The notes under the pieces: generated by a model
What the model saw: only the letters and a program-made list of their open reading frames with translations
What the model was told of the DNA's origin: nothing
The model's database searches: none
Shown here: positions 51,345-60,519 of the stretch, in pieces
How the letters are laid out: each line of letters begins with the position of its first letter
Position numbering within the stretch: the stretch's first letter is position 1
Position numbers and translations under genes: made by a program
IMG/VR virus record: IMGVR_UViG_3300028559_000005
Reading direction: 5' to 3' (one strand)
Length of the DNA stretch: 64,000 bases
Source: a virus
Taxonomy: Duplodnaviria; Heunggongvirae; Uroviricota; Caudoviricetes

Positions 51345-52620
51345 TACCTTATGTCTAGCACCATGGACACATACATATCTTTCTCCACAAACTGAAAGAC
51401 GTATGTGTTGTGCATCAAGAGAACCAGCACAAAATTTCACACAATACATAGATACTCAAGCAGGCACAGGTACTTACATACCCATTACATTAGAAGAACA
51501 TTGGAACAGTGAACACATGAAGTCAGTACGCCGACGTATGATGGCCGGCGAACGCTTGCCTGAATGCGAAGTATGTAATGATCAATTGTTAAACACAGAT
51601 GTTTATCGCACATATTTTTGGCACTTGTTTCGACACAAATATCATGACGTAATGGCAGCTACGCACGATGATGGCACCTGTGATGTCTTGCCTGTTAGTT
51701 GGGATTATAGATTTAGTAACTTATGCAATTTCAAATGTAGAACTTGCGGAGATATGTTGAGCAGTGCCTGGGAAACAGAACAAAAAACCCATGACATGGT
51801 CAACTGGACTGATCCTAAAAATAATTGGATGCGGCCAGTTGTACGTGAACAAATTTCAAAGTTTCAAGACAACCAAATTGAACTGGAGTTTAGTAATGCA
51901 GTTGAGCAACACCGAGTAGAAGAAATTTACTGGGTAGGTGGCGAGCCTTTGATGTACGAGCAACATTGGCGATACATGAAACGAATAATAGAATTAGGGG
52001 ATGGCCCACAAGTATATGCTAGATATAATACCAACTTGTCTAGGGTGGAATACCGTGGCATTAATCTCTATCGCGACATTCTTCCTGAGATCAGAGACTG
52101 GCAGATATGCGCAAGCCTTGACGGCACAGGCGCAATTGGTGAATACATTAGAACAGGTCTTGATTATGATCAATGGCTTGAAAACTTCCGAGGCGCAGTT
52201 GCAATCCAACGCCACTCACGTCAAGTCAGAATTGACTTTACACTCACTTTACCTGGAATGTTCGAAGTTAAAAAAATTACAAAACTTGCCCAGCAATTCA
52301 ATGTAGGCGTATTGGCTAAAGTTATTTTTTCATTCTCACCAGACATTGTGATGAGCCCATTAGCATTGCCTAGGCATATATTACATCCGTGGCTGGATGA
52401 ATTAATCCAAGAAACATCAGGGGCCATGCAAGATGTATTGATACAACTAAAAACTCGTCCTACATTTGAAGAGCAGTGGCCTGATGAATATCAACAAGGA
52501 TTTTCTAAAGGGCGAGCCCGTATTCTACAACTAGAACAAATACGGAGTCACTCATTGACAATGACTGACATCTTGGCAGCAAGACCAGCAGTGCTAGAAT
52601 GGTGGTTGAACCATGCTTGA
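51331..52620 (+). CDS. Radical SAM protein 5 with an N-terminal twitch-like domain
   Basis: LCLAPW...MCC...CEVC; CNFKCRTC; GGEP. Confidence 0.88.
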   Translation: MQKPDTLCLAPWTHTYLSPQTERRMCCASREPAQNFTQYIDTQAGTGTYIPITLEEHWNSEHMKSVRRRMMAGERLPECEVCNDQLLNTDVYRTYFWHLFRHKYHDVMAATHDDGTCDVLPVSWDYRFSNLCNFKCRTCGDMLSSAWETEQKTHDMVNWTDPKNNWMRPVVREQISKFQDNQIELEFSNAVEQHRVEEIYWVGGEPLMYEQHWRYMKRIIELGDGPQVYARYNTNLSRVEYRGINLYRDILPEIRDWQICASLDGTGAIGEYIRTGLDYDQWLENFRGAVAIQRHSRQVRIDFTLTLPGMFEVKKITKLAQQFNVGVLAKVIFSFSPDIVMSPLALPRHILHPWLDELIQETSGAMQDVLIQLKTRPTFEEQWPDEYQQGFSKGRARILQLEQIRSHSLTMTDILAARPAVLEWWLNHA

Positions 52621-53653
52621 TAACTCAATTGAAATAGATTTGCGTGACAACAATAATCAATTGCTAACAGTTTATATTGACGTGTACAATAACAGTCTTG
52701 CACGTAAATGGATCACAGCATTAAACCACTTGATTGAATTTGACTATCATTTGGAAAAAAATTACTGTTGGCTAGGCTGGACTGAGAATCAACGAAATCT
52801 AGATTATATCTGTACACAAATTAATAACAGCATTCATGCAATCAATCAGGCTCAGTTAGGATACGTAATACAAGATTTTTTTAGCCCGGCTAATACTGTA
52901 ACAGAAAACGGCGGCATTAATCAAGATCATATGAACCAATTGCACAGATATTTTGAAGATCTCCAAGGGGTATCAGGATCAATGAGCCCTTACTATACCG
53001 CAGCCGACGATTTTACAAGATGGCACATTAGACAATTAAATCTATTATGTCATGAACTTGAAAGTTTGGTATTAAGCATACGAAAATTACTCACAGCACC
53101 AGAATGGCGTAGACCATCACAATTGATGTGTTGGCTACGGGCTCCTAGATTCACACTAGACCCTGCCGATTACGAATTGTTTGGAGTTGACACAATCAAT
53201 CGACAGCTTGGTGGAGTATATGTGGGTGTTAATAAAGCAGTAGGCAAACACCATTGGGAAGTATTCAATGATGAAGGAAGAGACAGCCGTGTTGGTGAAT
53301 TAGTCACAAGCACACTTAGATCACAAACTGAAGCTGCCGGAGACTTTGATATTGAATGGGCCAATGATCCAGGATCATTTCCGTGGCAGATCAAAATGCT
53401 CAAAGAATTTCGTGAATGGCTTAGAGCCAATGGATTCGATCCTGATGATAAATCATTAACCATTGGGCATCCAAAAGTAGCACAAGTAGATTTGATACGT
53501 AGTTTTGGGACTACAGACTATCAAGTGATATGGAAAAAACTAGCTGAACATTTGAATGTATATAAAATACGCACTTCAAAATTTCAAGCTACATATGAAT
53601 ATAATTGGAGTGATCCTGATTATGATCAACAACAAATAAGGAAATTAAAATGA
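52613..53653 (+). CDS. Hypothetical protein
   Basis: 346 aa; overlaps both neighbours; no motif recognised. Confidence 0.7.
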   Translation: MLDNSIEIDLRDNNNQLLTVYIDVYNNSLARKWITALNHLIEFDYHLEKNYCWLGWTENQRNLDYICTQINNSIHAINQAQLGYVIQDFFSPANTVTENGGINQDHMNQLHRYFEDLQGVSGSMSPYYTAADDFTRWHIRQLNLLCHELESLVLSIRKLLTAPEWRRPSQLMCWLRAPRFTLDPADYELFGVDTINRQLGGVYVGVNKAVGKHHWEVFNDEGRDSRVGELVTSTLRSQTEAAGDFDIEWANDPGSFPWQIKMLKEFREWLRANGFDPDDKSLTIGHPKVAQVDLIRSFGTTDYQVIWKKLAEHLNVYKIRTSKFQATYEYNWSDPDYDQQQIRKLK

Positions 53654-53751
53654 ACTGGATTCGACACATTTGGGCAAAGATTACTCTAGAGATTCGTTAC
53701 CGTAAAAAATTAAAAGAACTACGCAAGCGCGATCCTTTTATCTACAAATGA
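53650..53751 (+). CDS. Small basic 33-aa peptide (below the ORF-track cutoff)
   Basis: MNWIRHIWAKITLEIRYRKKLKELRKRDPFIYK; ATGA overlaps at both ends fill the gap exactly. Confidence 0.65.
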   Translation: MNWIRHIWAKITLEIRYRKKLKELRKRDPFIYK

Positions 53752-55226
53752 ATTACATAGGAATATCTGCTGGGTTCCATGATGCTGCTATCAGTGTAAT
53801 CAATGACGCTGGAGATATTTTGTTTGCAGCACACAGCGAACGTTATAGTAAGAAAAAACATGACAAAGATGTATGTGCAGAGTTATTAGTTGATGCATTG
53901 GCGCATGTAGATTCAGACAGCATTGAATATCATTATTATGAACGTCCTTGGGTTAAAGCTCTAAGACAATTGCGCAGTGGCGAAGGGTTTCAATGGCCCA
54001 CCTGGGATAAATTATTAGGTAACACTTACAATCACATGGGTCGGCCGCGTGTGCATACACATGCACATCATTTGTGTCACGCAGCAGCAGGATTCCAAAC
54101 TAGTCCTTATGCAGATGCCACAGTGGTAGTTATTGATGCCATTGGTGAGTTTGATACAGTGACCATATGGGATGCCACATACAATGCCAATGGTCGTGCT
54201 GAATACAAAAAGTTATGGAGTCAGCAGTATCCACACAGCATTGGGTTGTTTTATTCCGCAATGACTCAACGTGTAGGACTACACCCATTGGATGAAGAAT
54301 ACATACTCATGGGCATGGCTGCATACGGGATGCCACAGTATCTTAGAGAGATGCAACAGCAATTTTTGAATTCAAAAGATAATTCACAGTTTGTGCAAAA
54401 TTTGCACATTGGAGTTGATCAAGAATTTTTACCCAATGCCGACCCAATGGATATTGCATGTAGCGCACAGATTTTAACAGAGCAATTGATACGCAATGTT
54501 ATCAGTCGTGCCAGGCAATTGGGAACAAGTAAAAATTTAGTGTACGGTGGCGGTGTGGCATTAAACTGTGTGGCCAATCGTTTACTGGGAGATTTTTATG
54601 AAAACATTTGGATTGTACCCAATCCTGGTGACGCAGGAAATAGCCTTGGCGCGGCGGCGTTGGGATTAGGCAGTCAAGTCAAGTGGGATACTGCTTTTCT
54701 TGGCCACAACATTGCTGGCGAGTACCCTGTTAACGACATACTTGATGTGTTACTTACTGATTGTATTGTTGGTGTTGCATCCGGTCGTGCAGAATTTGGT
54801 CCTCGAGCGCTGGGCAATAGAAGCTTACTTGCAGATCCCCGAGGACATTTGATCAAGAACAAAGTAAACGAAATCAAACAACGACAGAAATTTAGACCAT
54901 TTGCGCCAGTTATTCTTGAAGAATATGTACATGACTATTTTGAAATGCCCAGACACTGGAATAACAGTAGATACATGCAAGTGGTTGCTACTTGCAAGAA
55001 TCCTGAGTTGTTTCCTGCTATTGTTCATCATGATGGTACCAGTCGTGTACAAACTGTTCCAGCTGATGGGTCAGGCATCCGAGCTTTATTGGAAAAATGG
55101 AATTTTATGACTGGATGCCCTATGCTATTAAACACCAGCCTTAACATACGTGGCAAGCCAATGGTCAATGATCGTTGGGATGCTGATCGATTCCAGCAGT
55201 GCTATCAAGTCAAAGTTTGCAGTTAA
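53748..55226 (+). CDS. Carbamoyltransferase (NodU/CmcH/TobZ family)
   Basis: GISAGFHDAA, HHLCHAA, DAIGE, GGVALNCVAN, PGDAG, EFGPRALGNRS, FRPFAP, DGTSRVQTV, LLNTSLN. Confidence 0.92.
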   Translation: MNYIGISAGFHDAAISVINDAGDILFAAHSERYSKKKHDKDVCAELLVDALAHVDSDSIEYHYYERPWVKALRQLRSGEGFQWPTWDKLLGNTYNHMGRPRVHTHAHHLCHAAAGFQTSPYADATVVVIDAIGEFDTVTIWDATYNANGRAEYKKLWSQQYPHSIGLFYSAMTQRVGLHPLDEEYILMGMAAYGMPQYLREMQQQFLNSKDNSQFVQNLHIGVDQEFLPNADPMDIACSAQILTEQLIRNVISRARQLGTSKNLVYGGGVALNCVANRLLGDFYENIWIVPNPGDAGNSLGAAALGLGSQVKWDTAFLGHNIAGEYPVNDILDVLLTDCIVGVASGRAEFGPRALGNRSLLADPRGHLIKNKVNEIKQRQKFRPFAPVILEEYVHDYFEMPRHWNNSRYMQVVATCKNPELFPAIVHHDGTSRVQTVPADGSGIRALLEKWNFMTGCPMLLNTSLNIRGKPMVNDRWDADRFQQCYQVKVCS

Positions 55227-56397
55227 TACAATCTACAACAGTTTGTAATCTATGAGCCATACCAGCCTGGAACACATTAGAATTGTGTTGTATCTCAGGT
55301 GCCAGATCAATATACAATTGATGTAAATTTTTAAGACCAGAACGTATCAATGATTTTGTAATATCCAACACAGCTTCAAATCGTTGTTGATTGTCGGCAA
55401 TTGAATCATAATTTTCATCTATACATCGACCAAAAGTTTGATATCCTAAGTCACGCAAATGACGTTGATGATCAACTGAACTCACAGCTACAAAAAATTG
55501 ATTGTTGAATATGGGTTTAAATGTTTTTTCTGTGATAAATTGGCCATTAGATGAATCCACATCAATCATGGTTTCTAACACAATGTTAAAATAGCTTTCT
55601 GCGTAGAGCGCAGTCATGTTTTCATGATAGTTATTATGGGCTGCTGTATCAAGATCATCCACACGAAATGGTCCTGATGCAACAAACTCATTGACTCTTG
55701 ATTGGCATTCAGCAAGATAATTATTATTTAATGCACACCCATGATAGTCGTCTTCGGATCCTAGCAAATGTTGATTATAACTGAAATAACCACGCTGGTG
55801 TAATCCATGACTCCATAAATCGCTCATGAATACTTTGCGCCATAGTTTGTCAACTCTGCACAAGGATATGTAGGCTCGTGATCTTGGCTGCAAATGATAA
55901 ATTGCACCGTACTTACGATTTACAGTACGCCAATACATAAATTCTAATTCGGGCCAGTACACAGTATTGTGATATTGGTCAGCCGACGAATTACCAGAAA
56001 TTAACCATACTAGTTCTGAGTCTATATTATGCTGATAGCACAGGTCATCTAATCGTTGTCGTATAGGACCCGGATGATCTCCTTCATGGTACGTAAACAC
56101 CAGTTTTATTTCTTTTTTCTTCAAACGTGCCAATGCCTGCCCACTGATTAAACTTAGATAATCTTGAGAAAAATCAAACCATCCTATCACTACTGGATAC
56201 CACGCACCTACTGGAGCGTTAGACGTCAGTACCGTTGCAGATGGAATATTGCAATCTCGAAGATAATGTATAATACGAGGAAAATCTAATCTTTGTCCGT
56301 CCTGGTAATCCAATTGATCATGTAAATGAATAGGGATACCATTAGGCATGGGCTTGCATGTGCCTGGATGTATGTGATCCACTGCTATATAAATCAT
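55210..56397 (-). CDS. Hypothetical protein, possibly glycosyltransferase-related
   Basis: C-terminal SYFNIVLET...FITEKTFKPI motif is reminiscent of the C-terminal lobe of exostosin/GT-B-like proteins. Confidence 0.45.
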   Translation of the reverse strand: MIYIAVDHIHPGTCKPMPNGIPIHLHDQLDYQDGQRLDFPRIIHYLRDCNIPSATVLTSNAPVGAWYPVVIGWFDFSQDYLSLISGQALARLKKKEIKLVFTYHEGDHPGPIRQRLDDLCYQHNIDSELVWLISGNSSADQYHNTVYWPELEFMYWRTVNRKYGAIYHLQPRSRAYISLCRVDKLWRKVFMSDLWSHGLHQRGYFSYNQHLLGSEDDYHGCALNNNYLAECQSRVNEFVASGPFRVDDLDTAAHNNYHENMTALYAESYFNIVLETMIDVDSSNGQFITEKTFKPIFNNQFFVAVSSVDHQRHLRDLGYQTFGRCIDENYDSIADNQQRFEAVLDITKSLIRSGLKNLHQLYIDLAPEIQHNSNVFQAGMAHRLQTVVDCINCKL

Positions 56398-56432
56398 TTG
56401 TTTAGTGACAGAAATTATGTTATAATTACTTT

Positions 56433-57749
56433 ATGTTTGATATTGTAATTATGAATATGGGAGGGCATTCGTCGAATGTGGAGTATTTACGTGATCGATT
56501 GCCGCATGCCAAAATAGTTAATTGGACTGATCACCTGTCTACTATTCGTCGAGGATCTCAAAATATACGAACTAGATATTTTTGGGTGTTGAGCAGTTGT
56601 TGTGATTACAGTGACTTTGATTTTTTATGGGAGCCTACTCCGTGGCAAAGTCACCAAATACATTGTTGGCCCAGCGGCGACCAACAATTTGGTGATACAT
56701 TTTTAATACCAACAGCTCAGTGGAATCAACAAAAAGATTCATTGGCAAGATTGGAACAATATAAAGATGTAAATTTCGAACATGAATCTGTTGCTAGATT
56801 ACCTTGGCAAAAAATACAATACAATCAAGACAGTGTGGTTGCTGCTATTGCTAGTTCACAATGTCATACTCCGTATGTGTTGTTTGAACATGAAAATAAC
56901 CCAGTGACTGTGCAACCTGACCCGTGGCTATGGAGAGAACAGCCAGTGGTTGGACTTACTAGCAATCAAGCATCCTGTTTGGTACCAAGAAATGCACATG
57001 GGAGTATCCGCAAGCAAGTGTATGACTATCAATATTTACAAAAGAAAAATTTAAATCCCAGTCAACAGTTAGACATAGTATTCATTTCAAATGGAGAACT
57101 CAATGCTGAACAAAATCTCAAACGTTTAATTCTATTGCCCAAGACAAATCGCACAGTGCGAGTAGACAGCATCAACGGACGAGCAGCAGCATATCACGCA
57201 GCAGCAAGACTCAGCACCACACCGTGGTTCTTTGCTGTGTTTGCCAAGCTAGAAGTGGATATTGATTTTGATTGGTCATGGCAACCAGACTATATGCAGC
57301 AGGCCAAGCATTATATCTTTCATGCCAAAAATCCGTGCAATGGCTTGGAGTACGGGCATCAGGCCATGATTGCATACAACAAACAACTGGTGTTAAACAA
57401 CCCAGGTGTGGGATTAGATTTCACACTAGATTCACCGCACGAAGTGGTGCCAATTGTGAGTGGCATAGCTGCTTACAACACCTCGGACTGGAGCACCTGG
57501 CGCACAGCCTTTAGAGAAGTGCTAAAGTTGCGAGCCAGCTTGCCCGATATAGAAAATGAATATCGTATACAGCAATGGCTAACACAAAATCAAAGTGTTC
57601 GCAGTGCATTGAGTGCAGCAGGCGCACAAGATGCTCTAGACTACTATAATGAAGTAGCCGGAGACTTTGATCAACTAAAGAAAAGCTATGAATGGGAATG
57701 GTTAGCTAGCTATGCTTTTTTCAAACGGCAGCTAACACCGAATCAATAA
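56433..57749 (+). CDS. Multi-domain glycosyltransferase-like protein (C-terminal domain paralogous to 45121-46035)
   Basis: LDIVFISNGE...RVDSINGRAAAYHAAA...NGLEYG...WRTAFREVLKL. Confidence 0.55.
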   Translation: MFDIVIMNMGGHSSNVEYLRDRLPHAKIVNWTDHLSTIRRGSQNIRTRYFWVLSSCCDYSDFDFLWEPTPWQSHQIHCWPSGDQQFGDTFLIPTAQWNQQKDSLARLEQYKDVNFEHESVARLPWQKIQYNQDSVVAAIASSQCHTPYVLFEHENNPVTVQPDPWLWREQPVVGLTSNQASCLVPRNAHGSIRKQVYDYQYLQKKNLNPSQQLDIVFISNGELNAEQNLKRLILLPKTNRTVRVDSINGRAAAYHAAARLSTTPWFFAVFAKLEVDIDFDWSWQPDYMQQAKHYIFHAKNPCNGLEYGHQAMIAYNKQLVLNNPGVGLDFTLDSPHEVVPIVSGIAAYNTSDWSTWRTAFREVLKLRASLPDIENEYRIQQWLTQNQSVRSALSAAGAQDALDYYNEVAGDFDQLKKSYEWEWLASYAFFKRQLTPNQ

Positions 57750-58794
57750 TATGATCAATTTCTAGATCAGTAAGTTCTGGATAAAATGGCAATGAGATAC
57801 ATCGTCGTGACAGACTTGATGCCACACTCAACAAACTGGGTCCTTTGAGGTTTTGATATGCATCAAGTTCGTGCAAGGGACTACGATAATGAATCTTGGT
57901 ATCAATTTGGCAAGCAGAAAGATGTTGTTGCAATTGACTTTGATTATCTACTTCAATCACAAACTTTTGTAATGCATGGCTTCTAAAGTTAGTATCATCA
58001 ATCAAACACCTAACGGAACGGTCTTCTAGCCTGGTCATCCAGTATCTTGCTATCTTGCTTCTGCGTAGTTGCCAGTCGTCTAGGTATTGAGTTTTGACCA
58101 TCATCTGAGCACAATCAATTTCACTCATGCGACTGTTTGTGCCAATTACACTGTGCCCGCTGGCCTTGCCATTATTGATCCAGTTACGGGCATAGTCGGC
58201 TAGATACAAATCAGAGGTTACCACTGCACCACCATTGCCGTAGTTGGGAAGATTCTTTGTAGGATCAAAACTGATAGCAGTGGAGTTAGATTGTCGTTCA
58301 CAGTTGTTTGAAAGCCAGTGTTGAGCACCATCTTCAATTAAACAATCAGTCATAGTATTCCATCTGTGTTGTAATGCAGAACCATATAACCCCACAACAC
58401 AAATAGCATCATACTCATTTTTAATCTGAAAAGGATCCATACATCCATATGAATCAGTATCAACAATTTCTACTTGCCAACCTGTTTTCATAAATGCATT
58501 GACCGTAGCAGGATATGTCATGGCTGGAACTAGCACTGTGGGAGTTTTATCGTGATCACGAATGTGACTAAAACAGTAACCAGCAATGATTTCCAACGCC
58601 TGTGTTCCAGAGTGACAGGTTACTGCATATGAATTATGATTCTTTTTGGCCAACCATGATTCAAACTCAGCAGTATAGTTGCCATCCATAAGATTTCCAG
58701 AACGCAACACTATATCGGTTGCATCCAGGATCTCTTCACGTAGATTATTATACTGTTGGCGGAGACCAGTGAAGGGAATGGTAAGATTAGACAT
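57721..58794 (-). CDS. DegT/DnrJ/EryC1/StrS PLP-dependent sugar aminotransferase
   Basis: SGTQALE, TYPATVNA, IEDGAQH, SFDPTKNLPNYGNGGAV (PLP lysine), NSRMSE, SLPFYPEL. Confidence 0.9.
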   Translation of the reverse strand: MSNLTIPFTGLRQQYNNLREEILDATDIVLRSGNLMDGNYTAEFESWLAKKNHNSYAVTCHSGTQALEIIAGYCFSHIRDHDKTPTVLVPAMTYPATVNAFMKTGWQVEIVDTDSYGCMDPFQIKNEYDAICVVGLYGSALQHRWNTMTDCLIEDGAQHWLSNNCERQSNSTAISFDPTKNLPNYGNGGAVVTSDLYLADYARNWINNGKASGHSVIGTNSRMSEIDCAQMMVKTQYLDDWQLRRSKIARYWMTRLEDRSVRCLIDDTNFRSHALQKFVIEVDNQSQLQQHLSACQIDTKIHYRSPLHELDAYQNLKGPSLLSVASSLSRRCISLPFYPELTDLEIDHIIDSVLAAV

Positions 58795-58922
58795 TTAATA
58801 ACCAATAAACGGAATGATTGATTAATAACATTATGTATTTACAGAACAAATATACTCAATGCTATTGAGCAACAGCAAGGTCAATGACTGATTATTTTGA
58901 AAGACATCATATTATTCCTAAA

Positions 58923-59894
58923 TCACTTTGATAATTGTGCAGCCCAGTAGGATGACTGGCTAAGCCACTCATAATAATTTTCAAAACCTTCTTCAACATC
59001 AATTTTGGGATTGTAACCTAACATTGCTCTAGCACGGTCAATATTCAATGCACCACGTGATGGAAAATCTGCATCTTTGTCTTTGCATTCAATAGAGCCT
59101 TTGCCAACAATTTTAACAATCATTTTTGCGGCTTCCAACAGGCTCACACTGTGTGATTTAGTAATGTTGTAAGTGCTGTCGCGGGCCATGATTCGAGTTG
59201 CAGCCGCCACAATACCATCCGCAGCGTCATCCACATATGTAAAGTCTAAGGTTTCTCCGGCTCCGTTGACTCGGAGGGTACCACCACGCATTGCGGTAAG
59301 CATAAATTTCGCAACAACCCGATCTTCCACGTCTAACGGTCCATACACTGCCGACGGACGGATGATAACATATTCCATGCCTGTTTTTCTTGCATAGTCT
59401 TTAACAAGCCATTCTCCTGCTAGTTTCATGATACCGTATTGTCCTTGAGGCCTGCATTCATCATCTTCCAACGCTTGATCTTCAAAGTCTCCGTAGACCA
59501 TTGAGCTAGAGATGTAAACAAAACGGCGAACATTGTGTTTTTTGGCACTCTCAAGCAGGTTGATCAAGCCCTTCATCATAACATCTGCACCCCAGCTAGG
59601 GTTGGCATTGACCACTTTCTGTCTAGGAAAGCTGGCACAATGCACAATGACTTCTGGTTGTTCTTTCTCTATAATCCAATCAATTTCATAACTGTTTGTG
59701 ATGCACTGATTATGGTATGTGTGAGGATCTAATTTTTTAAGACGTTCCCCTATCAAATAATCAATCTCTGCTGATGGAATAATACCATAGGTGGTATGTG
59801 TGTCTACTACAGCAACGTCTTCATCTTGTGCTTGCAACCGTTGAACCACATTATGTCCAATAAGTCCGTGCCCACCTGTTACTAATATTTTCAT
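58923..59894 (-). CDS. NAD-dependent nucleotide-sugar epimerase/dehydratase
   Basis: ILVTGGHGLIG, YISSSMVYG, YGIMK (YxxxK), RPSAVYGP, DFTYVDD. Confidence 0.9.
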   Translation of the reverse strand: MKILVTGGHGLIGHNVVQRLQAQDEDVAVVDTHTTYGIIPSAEIDYLIGERLKKLDPHTYHNQCITNSYEIDWIIEKEQPEVIVHCASFPRQKVVNANPSWGADVMMKGLINLLESAKKHNVRRFVYISSSMVYGDFEDQALEDDECRPQGQYGIMKLAGEWLVKDYARKTGMEYVIIRPSAVYGPLDVEDRVVAKFMLTAMRGGTLRVNGAGETLDFTYVDDAADGIVAAATRIMARDSTYNITKSHSVSLLEAAKMIVKIVGKGSIECKDKDADFPSRGALNIDRARAMLGYNPKIDVEEGFENYYEWLSQSSYWAAQLSK

Positions 59895-60166
59895 TTATTG
59901 CCCCATTTCATTCGATACCATACGTATACTTTCTCATCCATCACAGTAAAGTTACCGGCTCTGCTATACTCCCAGTATCTTCCGTTTTTGTATGTTCCTG
60001 CATGTCCAAAACTGTTGAGCAACCAGTTTTCTGCTTCCATGCCTGGCCAGCCTTTGATCTTGTACAAGTTCATAGCCACAAACTTTTCGCCATCCCACAT
60101 TTGTTTACTAACAGGAGACAGTAGTGTGACTTCGGCGTCTATGTATTCAATATTCGGTGCCAACAT
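59891..60166 (-). CDS. Hypothetical protein
   Basis: 91 aa; overlapping start/stop with neighbours. Confidence 0.6.
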   Translation of the reverse strand: MLAPNIEYIDAEVTLLSPVSKQMWDGEKFVAMNLYKIKGWPGMEAENWLLNSFGHAGTYKNGRYWEYSRAGNFTVMDEKVYVWYRMKWGNK

Positions 60167-60485
60167 ACTTCAATGTATAAAAAGTTTGATCTGATTCTTT
60201 CATACGAGCCACAATTACAAACTCAAATCCATGACATGAGTGATCCGCATGCCGTACCCACCAAGGCAGTTCCACCGAGTGTTCCATCACAAACTTGCCA
60301 GCTTCGGTTTGTTGCCATTGCCATATAGGATCGGCTGCATACAGTACAGGATCTTCAACATCGCTCATGCGAAATCTATGAACCACCATGTCTGAAAATT
60401 TAACAATGTTGCCGTCGATAATTTTACATTCAGATGGTTTACTGTGTATGCTGTATGTTTGATTCAATTCACGCAAAATAGCCAT
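60147..60485 (-). CDS. Hypothetical protein
   Basis: 112 aa; preceded by a TTGCAA-17-TACACT promoter-like sequence. Confidence 0.65.
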   Translation of the reverse strand: MAILRELNQTYSIHSKPSECKIIDGNIVKFSDMVVHRFRMSDVEDPVLYAADPIWQWQQTEAGKFVMEHSVELPWWVRHADHSCHGFEFVIVARMKESDQTFYTLKYVGTEY

Positions 60486-60490
60486 ATGCT

Positions 60491-60519
60491 AGTGTAGCAC
60501 AGAGACTGTTACTTTGCAA
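60491..60519 (-). promoter_or_regulatory. Possible sigma70-type promoter
   Basis: TTGCAA-17 nt-TACACT, 5 nt upstream of the ATG at 60485. Confidence 0.4.

Noticed and set aside
58795-58922. Small gene between the epimerase and DegT
   Set aside because: Only 9- and 14-codon frames are present; the spacer is better explained as a TAAATA-containing promoter region.
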